Below are positions 19,202 to 29,592 of a stretch of 64,000 nucleotides of DNA, in pieces; the stretch's first letter is position 1; the number at the start of each line of letters is the position of its first letter. Under the pieces are notes generated by a model. The model had not been told where the DNA came from and did no database searches. It saw nothing but the letters and a program-made list of their open reading frames with translations. A program made the position numbers and the translations under genes. The DNA comes from Paramoeba atlantica (taxonomy: Eukaryota > Protista > Discosea). The stretch lies in contig CDRNVI010000029.1 of the NCBI GenBank assembly GCA_977017575.1, positions 930,001 to 994,000 of the forward strand, given 5' to 3'.

Positions 19202-19551
19202 GTATGTAAATGTTTATGGAAACAGAAATTAGCTCAAGATTAACTCGGCTATAATTAAAAAGTAACTGCGAAAAACATGTTCCGCAATTAAGCATTATAT
19301 TTAACGTCCTAAAGTGAACCGTAGAAAAAAGTAAAGGGCAAATTTCTTAAACATTGCGTTCCTTTTGTCATGCACTCTTAAGGAGTCATCGAATGCCTCT
19401 TGCCCACTCTTTGAGTTCATGAAACCATACTCACATTATCATCACTCCACACTACCAATTTAGGAACGCATACGAAACATGCAAAACGCATTTCTACATG
19501 TTTCTTTGAAGATGCTCTACGCTGGCGAATGCTATTCTGTACGAAACACTT

Positions 19552-20895
19552 TTACACCTTTAGAAACAATCGGCTTTGGCACACGAAAAATGACGTTTCA
19601 GGCACTGACACTCCCTTTTCCGGGATCACCACAACATCGTGCCGCGGAGAATTCTCCGTCGAAGGTGCAATCTTTTTCGTCCCTCGTTTGGGGCGAATCT
19701 CAACCAACACCACAGGAATAATTAGTCCAGAGGTATGACGCATCCATGCAGAGGTCCCTAGACAAGGTTCCGAGAGAGGCGCATAACCCATAATGGATAA
19801 GTCAGTGTCATACCAATCAACCATATCCCATCCTTTCCATCCTGGTGCCACGGGTACCTTCTTCTTGGTCTTTACTTGTTGTTTCAGTTGCGTTTTAATG
19901 CTCATTTCTTCCTTCTTGGTCTTTGATATACTATTTTGTTGAGAAAATATCTCACGCCCCCTTTTGGCACTTTCGGTAATCAACTTTACATTAACCTCAG
20001 TACCAGCCGTCTGACCTAAAACTTCCATTAGCGACTTGTCCTTTTTCTGCGCCTCTGAGACACGCTCCCGTACCGCACTCCAATTAATCCTCAAATCCTT
20101 TCGTTGGGTCTTTCCCGAGCCCTTTACACACTCCGCGCATATACCGGGTGACCACAACTGTTCCATCTTCAGATTACACGCGTGAATCAGCGCCTTTTGT
20201 TTCTGGTAGAACTCCGTCATTCCTCCAGGCTTGGTTCCCATTGCGGGAGCACGGAACCCAACACAACGGTATCGAAACACATGTCCCCCTTGTGCGATAA
20301 TCTGCAAGCACATATCATAATCTTCACGAATGGGAAAACGATAACTCAGGTCTTCCCCCTGTGGACCGGACGGCAACAAGGCACGGTTCATACAAACACA
20401 AATGTTTACGTAGCTGTCCACAATATACGGCTCCGAACGACGAAAGTCCAAGCGACCCATAAACTGGTGATACTCCAGCCCAATCAGACAGGTCCCGGGT
20501 TGCACCTGTACCGCATCGTGCGGGTTCGCAAGGGAGAGCGCCGTGCGTGCATCCACAGGGACAACCTTAAAATCGCGCTGTTGTAACGCATAGAACGACT
20601 CAATGTCATCGTCAATAATCCAGAACCACCCAGAGTCAGGAGCGAGTCTCCGTAGGATGTAATTTCGCACATAAATCACCCCTTTGTTGTTCTCTGGGAG
20701 TTGCACTACAGAGGTGAGAGAGCTTGATGATGGGGAATCGCCTCTGAGTTGTTTTACATACCATTCGTATTCTTGAGGCTCCACGACGATGGTGTGGGGA
20801 AGGTTGGATTCACGTAGAAGGTGCCAAGTGCATCGTTTCCCTTCGGCACGCCCTTTTGAGGGAATAAAAGTCGGGAGTGCGGATTTGTCTTCCAT
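19552..20895 (-). CDS. TET/JBP-associated GT-A glycosyltransferase (TAGT/GREB1-like); candidate base J glucosyltransferase
   Basis: FIPSKGRA, IVVEPQE, LPENNKGVIYVRNYI, WIIDDDI (DxD at residues 95-97), EDYDMCLQ and GGM motifs, as recalled for this family. Lys-rich linker and C-terminal extension. Confidence 0.72.
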   Translation of the reverse strand: MEDKSALPTFIPSKGRAEGKRCTWHLLRESNLPHTIVVEPQEYEWYVKQLRGDSPSSSSLTSVVQLPENNKGVIYVRNYILRRLAPDSGWFWIIDDDIESFYALQQRDFKVVPVDARTALSLANPHDAVQVQPGTCLIGLEYHQFMGRLDFRRSEPYIVDSYVNICVCMNRALLPSGPQGEDLSYRFPIREDYDMCLQIIAQGGHVFRYRCVGFRAPAMGTKPGGMTEFYQKQKALIHACNLKMEQLWSPGICAECVKGSGKTQRKDLRINWSAVRERVSEAQKKDKSLMEVLGQTAGTEVNVKLITESAKRGREIFSQQNSISKTKKEEMSIKTQLKQQVKTKKKVPVAPGWKGWDMVDWYDTDLSIMGYAPLSEPCLGTSAWMRHTSGLIIPVVLVEIRPKRGTKKIAPSTENSPRHDVVVIPEKGVSVPETSFFVCQSRLFLKV

Positions 20896-21421
20896 TTTTA
20901 CTCTACACGAGTAGTTTGAAGTGTTAAGTAATTCGAAATCTGCTAATCTATTTTTTAGTGAAACACAATTGATACGCTAAATGGAATTTACTTTTCGTTA
21001 TCCTATCATTCTAGCTGTGAAGTCGACAAGCAATACAACAACTATAAGATCTTGGCAAATAATAGATCGAATGATATTTAATTGTAGATAAACTGTAATA
21101 AAAGTAATAAATAACCGTAAATCTATAAAAACATGTAAGAAAACTTACCTATTTAATATACAAAAATATGATCAAAATAGAGGATTCATACGCTCAGTAT
21201 TTAACTTATCACGTATTCAGTACAAGGGACGATATAAAATACATCAACACCGGCAGATGAGCTACCTAATACAATATATTACCTATTTAACATAAAACGG
21301 AACTAATAAAATTATCCAATGAAAACTAGAATTATCCAAAGGACGACGAGAACGTTAGAACAGGGTCATAGTTCTTACTACAAAAAGCTTAGTTCTAAGC
21401 AATTGTTACCCAGTCATGTAC

Positions 21422-22480
21422 TCACCATGATTTCCGGTTTGTCCCGCCCGGAGAGGCGTTTATTGACTTTACAGGAGAGGCAAACGAAAGATCGTGAAAA
21501 GCCCTCTGGTTTTTCAGAAGGGTGGGAGCCATACCATAACTTATCTTTGAGTGGGTCATATTTACATGGCCGGCTACGGCAGAGGGGCCGCCAAATGTTT
21601 GTTGCAGTGTAGAGCCAGGCAAACTTCTGGCCCCAACTCTACAGTTTGTGGTAGTATGAAATCCTCCTGTGTTTGAAGAGCCGGAATTAGAAGTTGCAGA
21701 AGCCGCGGGATGACTAAGGAAACTGCTGGGCACCGTAAGATGTGGGGCAATGGGGGGTGAAGCTCCACTGTCGAAAGCAGCTATGACGTTTGCCTTGAGG
21801 TTTTCATTCTGAATTTTAAATGTAACTGCCGGCTTGCGTGGCACAGATAAAGGCTTTTGAGGTGATTCCGTATGGAATAGATCGGTCAGCTCTTTCTCAC
21901 CTTTTGCAGAAGTTTGGGAGTTCACGAAAACCGATTGAGTAATGTTTTGCGACTGAGCTTTATGGTCTAAAGATTTTGAAGTTTCTACTTCTGTCTTGTG
22001 ACCTTCGCTACGTTTCGCGCCTTCACGAGGCGTAATCTGCAGGGTCTTTCCCTCATGTGCGGCGGCAATATACTCTTTCCAGTTCGTACGAGCAAAGCGT
22101 TTACGTTCCCACTTGTCCCTCAACAGCTTTTCCATATCCTTGGCGTTCGCAGAAGGTTCAGGCTTGTGGTATCGTGCGGGTAAGTGAGCCTCAAAAATTA
22201 GGCGCGCCTTTTGGTTACCGACACATTCAATAAAATCAACTTCGCAAGGGTCCCATATGTCCATAGTGATGGAACGAACCTTAGATATATGGGTACCAAG
22301 AGCACGGTGCAGTCCAGCACATCGCATGCATAGAAAGATTCCAAGATTTACCGAAGCCCATCTTGGGGATTTGCATGTACAATCGAAGCACTCCCGATTG
22401 TCTTCAGCACTTAATATGACTTCCAAGCGACGTACTTGTTCTTTCAGGAGCCGCTTGTTCGCGGCTGTCATAGAAGCCAT
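21422..22480 (-). CDS. ARF GTPase-activating protein (SMAP/AGD5-like)
   Basis: CFDC-x16-CMRC zinc finger, WASVNLG, HRALGTHISKVRSITMD.W and GNQKA; low-complexity C-terminus. Confidence 0.95.
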   Translation of the reverse strand: MASMTAANKRLLKEQVRRLEVILSAEDNRECFDCTCKSPRWASVNLGIFLCMRCAGLHRALGTHISKVRSITMDIWDPCEVDFIECVGNQKARLIFEAHLPARYHKPEPSANAKDMEKLLRDKWERKRFARTNWKEYIAAAHEGKTLQITPREGAKRSEGHKTEVETSKSLDHKAQSQNITQSVFVNSQTSAKGEKELTDLFHTESPQKPLSVPRKPAVTFKIQNENLKANVIAAFDSGASPPIAPHLTVPSSFLSHPAASATSNSGSSNTGGFHTTTNCRVGARSLPGSTLQQTFGGPSAVAGHVNMTHSKISYGMAPTLLKNQRAFHDLSFASPVKSINASPGGTNRKSW

Positions 22481-22740
22481 TTCCTTAACAAGAACGCATT
22501 TTGGTGGTGTAAAAGTTGTACAATAAATACCTATAGAATAAAAAATGATTTAAAAATTATCAACAAATTTCTTTGAGTTTATTTTGAGTGTTCTCGATAA
22601 TCAGGTCGATGTATTGATGGCAACGAGGTTCCGCTGCACGTCATTACGACCACTCCCAAGTCCAAGGAGAATTACAAAGAAGAAACCATAATCGTTTAAC
22701 GAGTTTGCCATAAACGTTTCGTAATAAGAAAATTACTCTA

Positions 22741-23688
22741 CTACCTCTTTCGTTTTCGATGGGTAAAAATTGCTTTTCGGCGTTTCCTTTTCTTGTTCTT
22801 AGTCCGTACTTCTCGACTATTCGAAGTTCCATGTATGTGATTATCAGAAGGAAACAACGACATGGCTGGATCCATTTCTTCTCTACGTGCTCTGTTCCCC
22901 ACACGTTCTGCAGTGAATACTTTGGGAAAACACACCAAACATGCGGAATTTAAACACATAAAACTGTGGGATCTTGCAGGACTCCGGCTTGCGCTTTTTC
23001 TCAAGGTTCTAAGTTGATTTCGCAGAGACTCTCCCATCTTGTGCCGACGAGGGCTGGCTGCGGGAGAGCCCAGTCGGCAAGGAGAAAGATTCAGAAATTT
23101 GCCTTGCACAGAGTGATGATAGTTCGCAGGCGACGGTGTCCGCACAGAATTTCTTTCCGTACTACAGGGCGTTGTTAAAATTGGAAGTCGAAGTCGTAGA
23201 GCCTGAAAGAATGAGATGCGATCTGGAGTGTCGCTAAGAGCCTTAGAGCATGCCTTGTTGGCTGGCGTGCTGTCCTGTGGCCATGGTGAAAGCGGAAGAC
23301 GATGAGACGTCGGGAATGTTTTAAGTAGATTTTTATATTCGGTCCAGCAATTCTGCTCAAGACGAAGTCGGTCGTTTCTTTCTTGTGCGGCAACAACGTG
23401 GCAAGAAAGAGTATGCAATGAAGATAATTCAGGCTTTGTGTTGTCTCTCGAGCGTTTCGTGAGCGAGTTATCATGCTCATCACCGCTTGCGTTGCTTTCA
23501 AGATGAATAGACTCCATGTCAAATTCTGCAAATAGTGACCTCTGAGCAGCCTCATACCTTTCTTGTTCGTCGTGTAGGAGTCCTACTCCCAACTCTTGGT
23601 CAACTTCGGTATATACACAAATTGACGCACACTCTCGATCGACTGACAACTTGAACGTCTGTAAGTCCTTGGTTTGACACTCTACCAT
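22741..23688 (-). CDS. Hypothetical protein with basic C-terminal NLS-like tail
   Basis: Long ORF on the cluster strand, ending KNKKRKRRK...RKRKR. First ATG at 23688. Confidence 0.6.
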   Translation of the reverse strand: MVECQTKDLQTFKLSVDRECASICVYTEVDQELGVGLLHDEQERYEAAQRSLFAEFDMESIHLESNASGDEHDNSLTKRSRDNTKPELSSLHTLSCHVVAAQERNDRLRLEQNCWTEYKNLLKTFPTSHRLPLSPWPQDSTPANKACSKALSDTPDRISFFQALRLRLPILTTPCSTERNSVRTPSPANYHHSVQGKFLNLSPCRLGSPAASPRRHKMGESLRNQLRTLRKSASRSPARSHSFMCLNSACLVCFPKVFTAERVGNRARREEMDPAMSLFPSDNHIHGTSNSREVRTKNKKRKRRKAIFTHRKRKR

Positions 23689-24303
23689 AGTCGTACTTCG
23701 AAAGTCCAATACCGTGAAGTTCGTTCATAAATCGTGTAAGGTGGCATTTCGTTTTTCCTGTAAACTAATATTTATGAAACGTGCTTGGGGGAAAAGGATT
23801 TCAGAAGCTGATGACAAATGGTCCTTCTCATGTACTAAACATTCATCCGCCTTTTAGGCAAGAACGAGTGGTCAACGGAAAATTCAAATACGGACACTTA
23901 TGAACAATAAGTTTATTATTGTTAAGTTTAAAAACGTGCGTTATTTTGATTCAGATTGTACAGCAATTTTTACGTTTTTCTAATGCAAGACATGGAGCAT
24001 GGCGAAGTGTTTATTTCATTACACAGTGTGCACTGGTTTCTTTACCCCGGTCATGCACCAAACCGGATACTGATTAGCAACTGCTATTACAGCTCTCCGA
24101 TGCCTTCTGCAGTGATGTAAGCAACAAGATGTGAACTAGAGTGCAGAAGTTAAAGAAGGGAATACAGTCCCTCCGAAAATAATAGTGTACCTTAAAAATA
24201 CTGTTCGCGCCCGTGAAACCTTGTGGTAGAAAATCGTACCCATGAAAAGTCTGAGGTCTAGGCCTACCGCGCGAATAAATGCTACACGCAACACTCGCAC
24301 TCC

Positions 24304-24702
24304 TTACTTTCTTAGTCCAGCAAAGTCGATGACGGTAGCTACTTTACCTATAATCTCCACATACGGGTTACCTTCGGAGTCGCGACGTTTGCGGCACACG
24401 CATCGTACTGTCTCTTCCCCGTTGGTTACTTTTACCTTTCCAGCAACACGCTGATGACTCCCTGACAAGACAAATTCTACCTGTGAATCGTGGGGAAACA
24501 TCGAGGGAAGTTCGTTCGTGTGTGCCATGTTTTCAGGCACAGGTTGAATTCTCCCGATTGATTTTCCCGGTTGTGCATTTATTAAATCCCCCTCGAGTTG
24601 AAGCATCACCCATTGAGGCAATGCGTCCACGCCGGAAGTAGGGGAGGAGAGTACCGCATCGTTCTGCGAAGATTCAGGAAAGACGACAGGAATGTTCACC
24701 AT
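24304..24702 (-). CDS. CTF8: Chromosome transmission fidelity protein 8 (alternative RFC subunit)
   Basis: WVMLQLEGDL..IGRI..GSHQRVAGKV pattern and small size. ATG at 24702. Confidence 0.65.
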   Translation of the reverse strand: MVNIPVVFPESSQNDAVLSSPTSGVDALPQWVMLQLEGDLINAQPGKSIGRIQPVPENMAHTNELPSMFPHDSQVEFVLSGSHQRVAGKVKVTNGEETVRCVCRKRRDSEGNPYVEIIGKVATVIDFAGLRK

Positions 24703-24919
24703 AACAAATGTGAGTTGAGGAAAGAGAAAGAAAAGACCATATTCAAAGATCATGACCCCATAATCATGATTCATACAGGTACCGCAATCATTACAGGTAC
24801 AGTAAGTCAATCGTGCTTTCCCTGCCGGCTACGCGAACGTCGGCCCAATCTTTAGACCCACTCAAAAGTTTGAAATGCTCAAACAAAAAAAAAAGAATCT
24901 TTTCCACGGTTATTCCCCT

Positions 24920-26040
24920 ACCCTTTCCAAAATCCACCCCCCTCACCCCCCCCCTCTCTCTCACCCAAACACCTCCCCCCTATGATACCCACACACCCTC
25001 CCCTCCACCTCCCCCCTCTTCCCTATCCCCCGTATCCTCCTCAAATCACGCCGCATGGCATCCTCATACTCCTCCCCCCCCCTCCTCCTCCCCCCTCCCC
25101 CTTCCCCTCCTCCCCCTCCCCCCCTCTCCACGCCCCGCCGCTCCACCTCCCCCGCCGTCCACCGCTCCACCTCCCGCAGGCACCTCTCACACCGCAGCCC
25201 CTCCGCTGCCCGCCCGACGTGGTGGGTGACGTACCACGTGGAGACCCGGAGCTGGGACCAGGCGTACTTCACCAGGGGGACGGTCCCCAGCGCGGTGGCC
25301 AGCCCCAGGGGTACCCGTGCCGCGGCCCACCGGGGGGAGGCCAGCCCGTGGGGGGAGTAGTGGGTGGCGGCGAGGCCGGTGGCGGCGGCGAGGGCGAGGG
25401 CGGTGTTGAGGTGGAGGGTGTCGTAGAGGCGACGACCGCCGTGGGCGTGGCGGGAGACCCCGGAGAGGAGGGCTTGGCGGTAGAGACCGAGGGGGGGAGG
25501 GGGAGGGGGGGGGTTGTGGATAGGATGCGTAGGGTTGTGGTTGTTGTTGTTGTTGTTGATCGTATTCGTAGTGTCGTTGTTGATAGCCTTCGTAGCGTTG
25601 TTGTTGTTGTTATGGTTACCAAAGTTAGTTTCGTTGTTGTTATTGTGGTTAACATCATTTTGAAACTTTGGGTTGTCGTTGTTGTTGTTTGTGGTGGTGG
25701 GGGTATTCTTGTTGATACTATCGTTGTACTTGCCCTGGTTAAGGGTATTCTTGTTGATTTTTCTAATCTCGGCTTCATCGATAAAGATATGGCTCCCATG
25801 GACCTCGACGGGGTTGCCTAGGACGGTGGAGAGATGGGGGACGTTGTGGAGGGTAAAGCGTCGGGAGGTGAGACGTTGGGCGTCTTCAGTGACGGCACGG
25901 GTGAGGGCGTCGGAGAGGGGGGAGGAGAGGGAGGAGATGTGCAGCACGGCGTTGTGGAAGGCACCAGGTTGACTGCTGAAGAGAGCTTCCATGGAAGGGG
26001 GGAAGAGAGGGAGAGCGTAAAGAAAAATGGAAAGAAGAAC
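24920..26040. other. GC-skew inversion island 3
   Basis: C-rich 24920-25250 (25059-25131 is G-free) and G-rich 25330-26040 with GTT repeats. Confidence 0.85.
24961..25992 (-). CDS. Hypothetical membrane protein with Asn/Thr/Pro low-complexity insert
   Basis: ATG start. Two hydrophobic segments (LNTALALAAATGL, VPLGLATALGTVPLV). Poly-N and poly-G tracts track the skew island. Confidence 0.6.
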   Translation of the reverse strand: MEALFSSQPGAFHNAVLHISSLSSPLSDALTRAVTEDAQRLTSRRFTLHNVPHLSTVLGNPVEVHGSHIFIDEAEIRKINKNTLNQGKYNDSINKNTPTTTNNNNDNPKFQNDVNHNNNNETNFGNHNNNNNATKAINNDTTNTINNNNNNHNPTHPIHNPPPPPPPLGLYRQALLSGVSRHAHGGRRLYDTLHLNTALALAAATGLAATHYSPHGLASPRWAAARVPLGLATALGTVPLVKYAWSQLRVSTWYVTHHVGRAAEGLRCERCLREVERWTAGEVERRGVERGGGGGGEGGGGRRRGGEEYEDAMRRDLRRIRGIGKRGEVEGRVCGYHRGEVFG

Positions 26041-26276
26041 GCCAGAAAAAATATAATGGGAATGAAAGAGGAGTGCACAGGTACAGCGTGGTTAAAGCTG
26101 CGTGTTGTTGTGCAGAAAGGAACTAGCAAAGCGCGGGGTAATATAGAGAACGTAAGTATAATGGAAGAATATGCGGTGAAATAAATTTTGTGAGTGATTT
26201 CTTGAAAACAGAGTGACTTCTTGGAAGCATGCAAATACATGGTGTGAAGGTCTCCTAATGACGCCTAACACCCTCA

Positions 26277-27956
26277 TCATTTTTGTGAAGATGCTTCTCG
26301 TTCCTTGAGTTGAGCTACCACATTTCGATGATCAAATTTGAATGCCTGAAATCCAGCAAGAATACTACTAATCGCCTTTCTCGGAATGTCCGTGTGTAAT
26401 GCACAGATCACTTGACTTGCGATCGCATACAGCAGAGTCTCATTTTTTTCCTTTACTTTGGCAAAGGCCGCCAGCAGCTCCGCCAGGCACTCCGGATCTA
26501 ACAAAATCTTTTGCTTCGTAATTTGTCCCACCTTTGTCGCTGTCATTGTGAAGAACTCGCCATCGTACAAATCAAACGCGGCAAGTGTTTTTAAGCACTT
26601 CCCTAGTTGAGAAATCTCAAAACGGTCTACCTGTTGACATGCACTCTCGGCTAGAACATTCAACAACCCCTCATTTAAAAACGAGTGCGCCTCGCATACT
26701 TCAAAGAGCTGTGTGATCACCTCTGGACGTAACTGGTCGCGACATGCCATCACACGCTCCATAATCAGAGTCATCAGCGCTTCAAACAATGTGGCATCGG
26801 TGATATGCGGGGAGAGAGCAGCAATCATACCCGCTACATCCGCCACAACAGACGCGGAGATTAACTCCTGGGCTCTTTGACACACTTTCCGTACGGCCTC
26901 GAGATGAATTTCCAGAGGTTTTGTTGTTGTGTCGGTCGGATACTTTTTTGCAAAAATCTCCCCAAAACGTGTAACCCCGGAGGGATTGAGGGAACTCACC
27001 CCTCCCTGCACACGTTCAGTGATCGTATCAAACAACTTTGAAAAAAAGTCCTCTTTGGTAAACTCATTTCCCGGTTTAGAGGTAAGAAAAATCCCAATAC
27101 GACACAAATCATCCACCGAGAGCACAGGGAGAAGCTTCTCGGTTCGGCTTTTGATCGCACTGTGCATCTCGGGGTGGTGAATACCAAAACTTTGATACGT
27201 ACGCGCACAGGTGACGACATCCGTCGCGCCCATTTGCGCAATTGTGTGGATCGCTGGCCACAGCACAGCGGCCAGAATCCCGACCACCGTCACCGTTTGC
27301 AGCTTAGTACACAATTTTAACACAGCTGCAATATCACGAGCCGTCCATTTTGTAGTCTCCGATCGCCACAGCGTATTTTCCAAAAATCCATACAGCGGGA
27401 TAAGATCACTGGATTTTGAATCCTGTGCAGCACGAGAGGCAGCCGCGACTTCATCCGAGCAGGGAACATTCAGGTGGGAGAGTGCCGTGAGCAGCAGCAC
27501 AATCTCACTCGGGGCAAGCACAGGGTAAGTCCCCCAGCCTCGGGCTTTTGGCAGCATGTCTCGACAAAAGTTATGAAGCGCCCTGTGGGCACTGTTTTTG
27601 TCCAGCTCCGAGGGGTTGGACTTGGACATGTTTTTAAGCGCGTGGAGGATGGGTTTCATGTGGAAAGTGGGGGGGTGGGTGCCGATGGCGACCAGACTAG
27701 GGCTTTTCTCAGTGGGGGTTGAGACGCTGTCGGATACGGCAGAATTTTTATTGTACTTGTCTTCTGGATTTCTTTTCGACGAGATACAGACAGAGGGCTG
27801 ACCTTGCGAAGCGGCGAACCGCTTAGGAGTGTGTAGGAGACGGAACATGCGAAGATAAGTCGATGAGGGCTCTAAACTATAGTATGAACCCTTGTGGAGA
27901 GACCTACTGCTAAGAATACGAAACCATGAGCCCAAGATGATTGAATTCGGACTCAT
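26277..27956 (-). CDS. Helical-repeat (FASTK/OPR/HPR-like) protein, probably mitochondrial RNA binding
   Basis: Repeated helical units (ARDIAAVLKLCTKL, ISQLGKCLKTLAAFD, PECLAELLAAFAKV). Alternative start at 27848 (MFRLLHTPKRF) looks like a presequence. Confidence 0.6.
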   Translation of the reverse strand: MSPNSIILGSWFRILSSRSLHKGSYYSLEPSSTYLRMFRLLHTPKRFAASQGQPSVCISSKRNPEDKYNKNSAVSDSVSTPTEKSPSLVAIGTHPPTFHMKPILHALKNMSKSNPSELDKNSAHRALHNFCRDMLPKARGWGTYPVLAPSEIVLLLTALSHLNVPCSDEVAAASRAAQDSKSSDLIPLYGFLENTLWRSETTKWTARDIAAVLKLCTKLQTVTVVGILAAVLWPAIHTIAQMGATDVVTCARTYQSFGIHHPEMHSAIKSRTEKLLPVLSVDDLCRIGIFLTSKPGNEFTKEDFFSKLFDTITERVQGGVSSLNPSGVTRFGEIFAKKYPTDTTTKPLEIHLEAVRKVCQRAQELISASVVADVAGMIAALSPHITDATLFEALMTLIMERVMACRDQLRPEVITQLFEVCEAHSFLNEGLLNVLAESACQQVDRFEISQLGKCLKTLAAFDLYDGEFFTMTATKVGQITKQKILLDPECLAELLAAFAKVKEKNETLLYAIASQVICALHTDIPRKAISSILAGFQAFKFDHRNVVAQLKEREASSQK

Positions 27957-28295
27957 TGTTGTGTGTATTAGGTAGTGGGTAGAAAAACTTTAAAAGTGTA
28001 GCTATCATCTGAATGTCAAAAACTAGCTTGAAAATATTTGCATCAGAACGTGATGTTACTAAAACTGTGAATCTGGTGTAAGATTAAAGCTGAAAATCTG
28101 TTTAGTCGCAAAACAAGTACATCGAAACAAAGAAAAATTATGAGTCTGAGTCGGTATGAATATTTCAAGAGGCTAGGAGAGAAACAAATTCTTTTTTTAT
28201 ATTCCCTTCTTATCAATGAAAAGCCCATCCTGCAATTTAAAACTAGCAATCTTAAGTCCAGCGCCTTTCATTCACAGATGCGCTTGTATTTTCTA

Positions 28296-28889
28296 TCAGG
28301 CCGTCTCAGTTTTTGTCTCAGTGGTCTGTTCAGCTTCCTTTTCTTCTGTATCTGTCTTCTCTTCCGCCTTTTCGTTATCTTCATCCTCATCGTCCAGGTC
28401 CTCATTTTCATCTTCCTCACCCATGTCTGGATAATCTTCTTCATCCCCCATTCCTCCCATACCCCCCATACCTCCCATTCCTCCCATACCCCCGAATTGT
28501 GACATGTCAAAATTTCCCATTCCCGGGAACCCCTCAGGGGCCTCATCGGCGTCCTTCCACAAGGACCAGTCCACCCCGACGTAGTGTTTGTTCGTCTTGG
28601 AGGGCTCAACGGTAAGTCGCTCCCACTCTTTGTTCTCGTCGGAGGCACTCTCCGCTTTGAACGCGCAGCAAGCTACCTTGTTGCCGTGTACTTTGAACGT
28701 GCTCTGGCTGGGGTCAATGCCTTTCAAAAGATTCAGAGCGGTGCGGTATGGTGTGCCATGCGAGGTGCACTCGAAAATGATTTTGCTTTCCTGGAAATCA
28801 ACTTTGACGTCCTCCGCGTCGGCAATGAGAAAGGTAAGGAAGACACGGTCGTCGCGTTGTGCCCACTGCACTGGTGCAATTTTGGACAT
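28296..28889 (-). CDS. Hsp90 co-chaperone p23 (Sba1/PTGES3 family)
   Basis: VQWAQRDDRVFLT, WERLT, VDWSLWKDADE, GGM repeats and acidic tail. ATG at 28889. Confidence 0.95.
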   Translation of the reverse strand: MSKIAPVQWAQRDDRVFLTFLIADAEDVKVDFQESKIIFECTSHGTPYRTALNLLKGIDPSQSTFKVHGNKVACCAFKAESASDENKEWERLTVEPSKTNKHYVGVDWSLWKDADEAPEGFPGMGNFDMSQFGGMGGMGGMGGMGGMGDEEDYPDMGEEDENEDLDDEDEDNEKAEEKTDTEEKEAEQTTETKTETA

Positions 28890-29205
28890 AGAGGTGGTAA
28901 ATAGAAAGTATAAAAGAGAACAATCTAGTGAAAAAAATAGGGGACGAGATGTTATTAGAATTTGAAATAGTCTTCGATTCACCTCCACACACGTTGTTCA
29001 CACAGCAAGCACCTTACAAAATTCAGTCTTACTCACTCGAAATCCAGAAATTGAGAGAGAAAAAACTCAAAAAGACGGAGTAAAATCCCAGATTCACCAC
29101 AAGGGTCTATCTCCTACAACATACAATGTACGCTCGCAAACGATTATGCAATGCTTTCAACACGCTTGTTGTAAACACACTTTTAGAGCACTGATCGGAT
29201 GAAAT

Positions 29206-29433
29206 CTACTTCTTCCTTTTATTCCGCTCGCTCGATCCTTTATTAATGTGCTCCAGTGCAGACCTATTGAACACTGAAATGAAAGGTGAAATAAGTTTCA
29301 ATAGAATATAGCCGAACGCGGCCCAACGCATCATATCTGTCCCTTCCTGTACGCACACGAGAACTAAAAAGGGTTTCCCTAACCGTCTCACAGAAGGAGA
29401 TTCAAAAAGTCGTCGCAGAGCAGTATCATTCAT
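29206..29433 (-). CDS. Small single-TM hypothetical protein (75 aa)
   Basis: ATG start, isolated in its spacer, hydrophobic WAAFGYILLKLISPFISV. Confidence 0.5.
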   Translation of the reverse strand: MNDTALRRLFESPSVRRLGKPFLVLVCVQEGTDMMRWAAFGYILLKLISPFISVFNRSALEHINKGSSERNKRKK

Positions 29434-29592
29434 TTTATTCTAGGAAAACAAATTAAGAAATATCTTAACTGTTGCATCTGTCTAATCTGCTTTCCCTAAA
29501 GTTTATATTCTTCCCAGAATTTAAATTTTGAATAGGACCTTGGATATTCGAGCAATGTGTGATTTTCTGCGATTCTCCTTTCTATTTTCATT

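Noticed and set aside
19383-19448. Possible C/D snoRNA (AGTGATGA ... ATGA with a GGAG/CTCC stem, minus strand)
   Set aside because: The D box is non-canonical and I recognised no rRNA-complementary guide.
28440-28500. 9-bp tandem repeat CCCATTCCT/CCCATACCT
   Set aside because: Encodes the GGM repeats commonly found in p23 C-termini.
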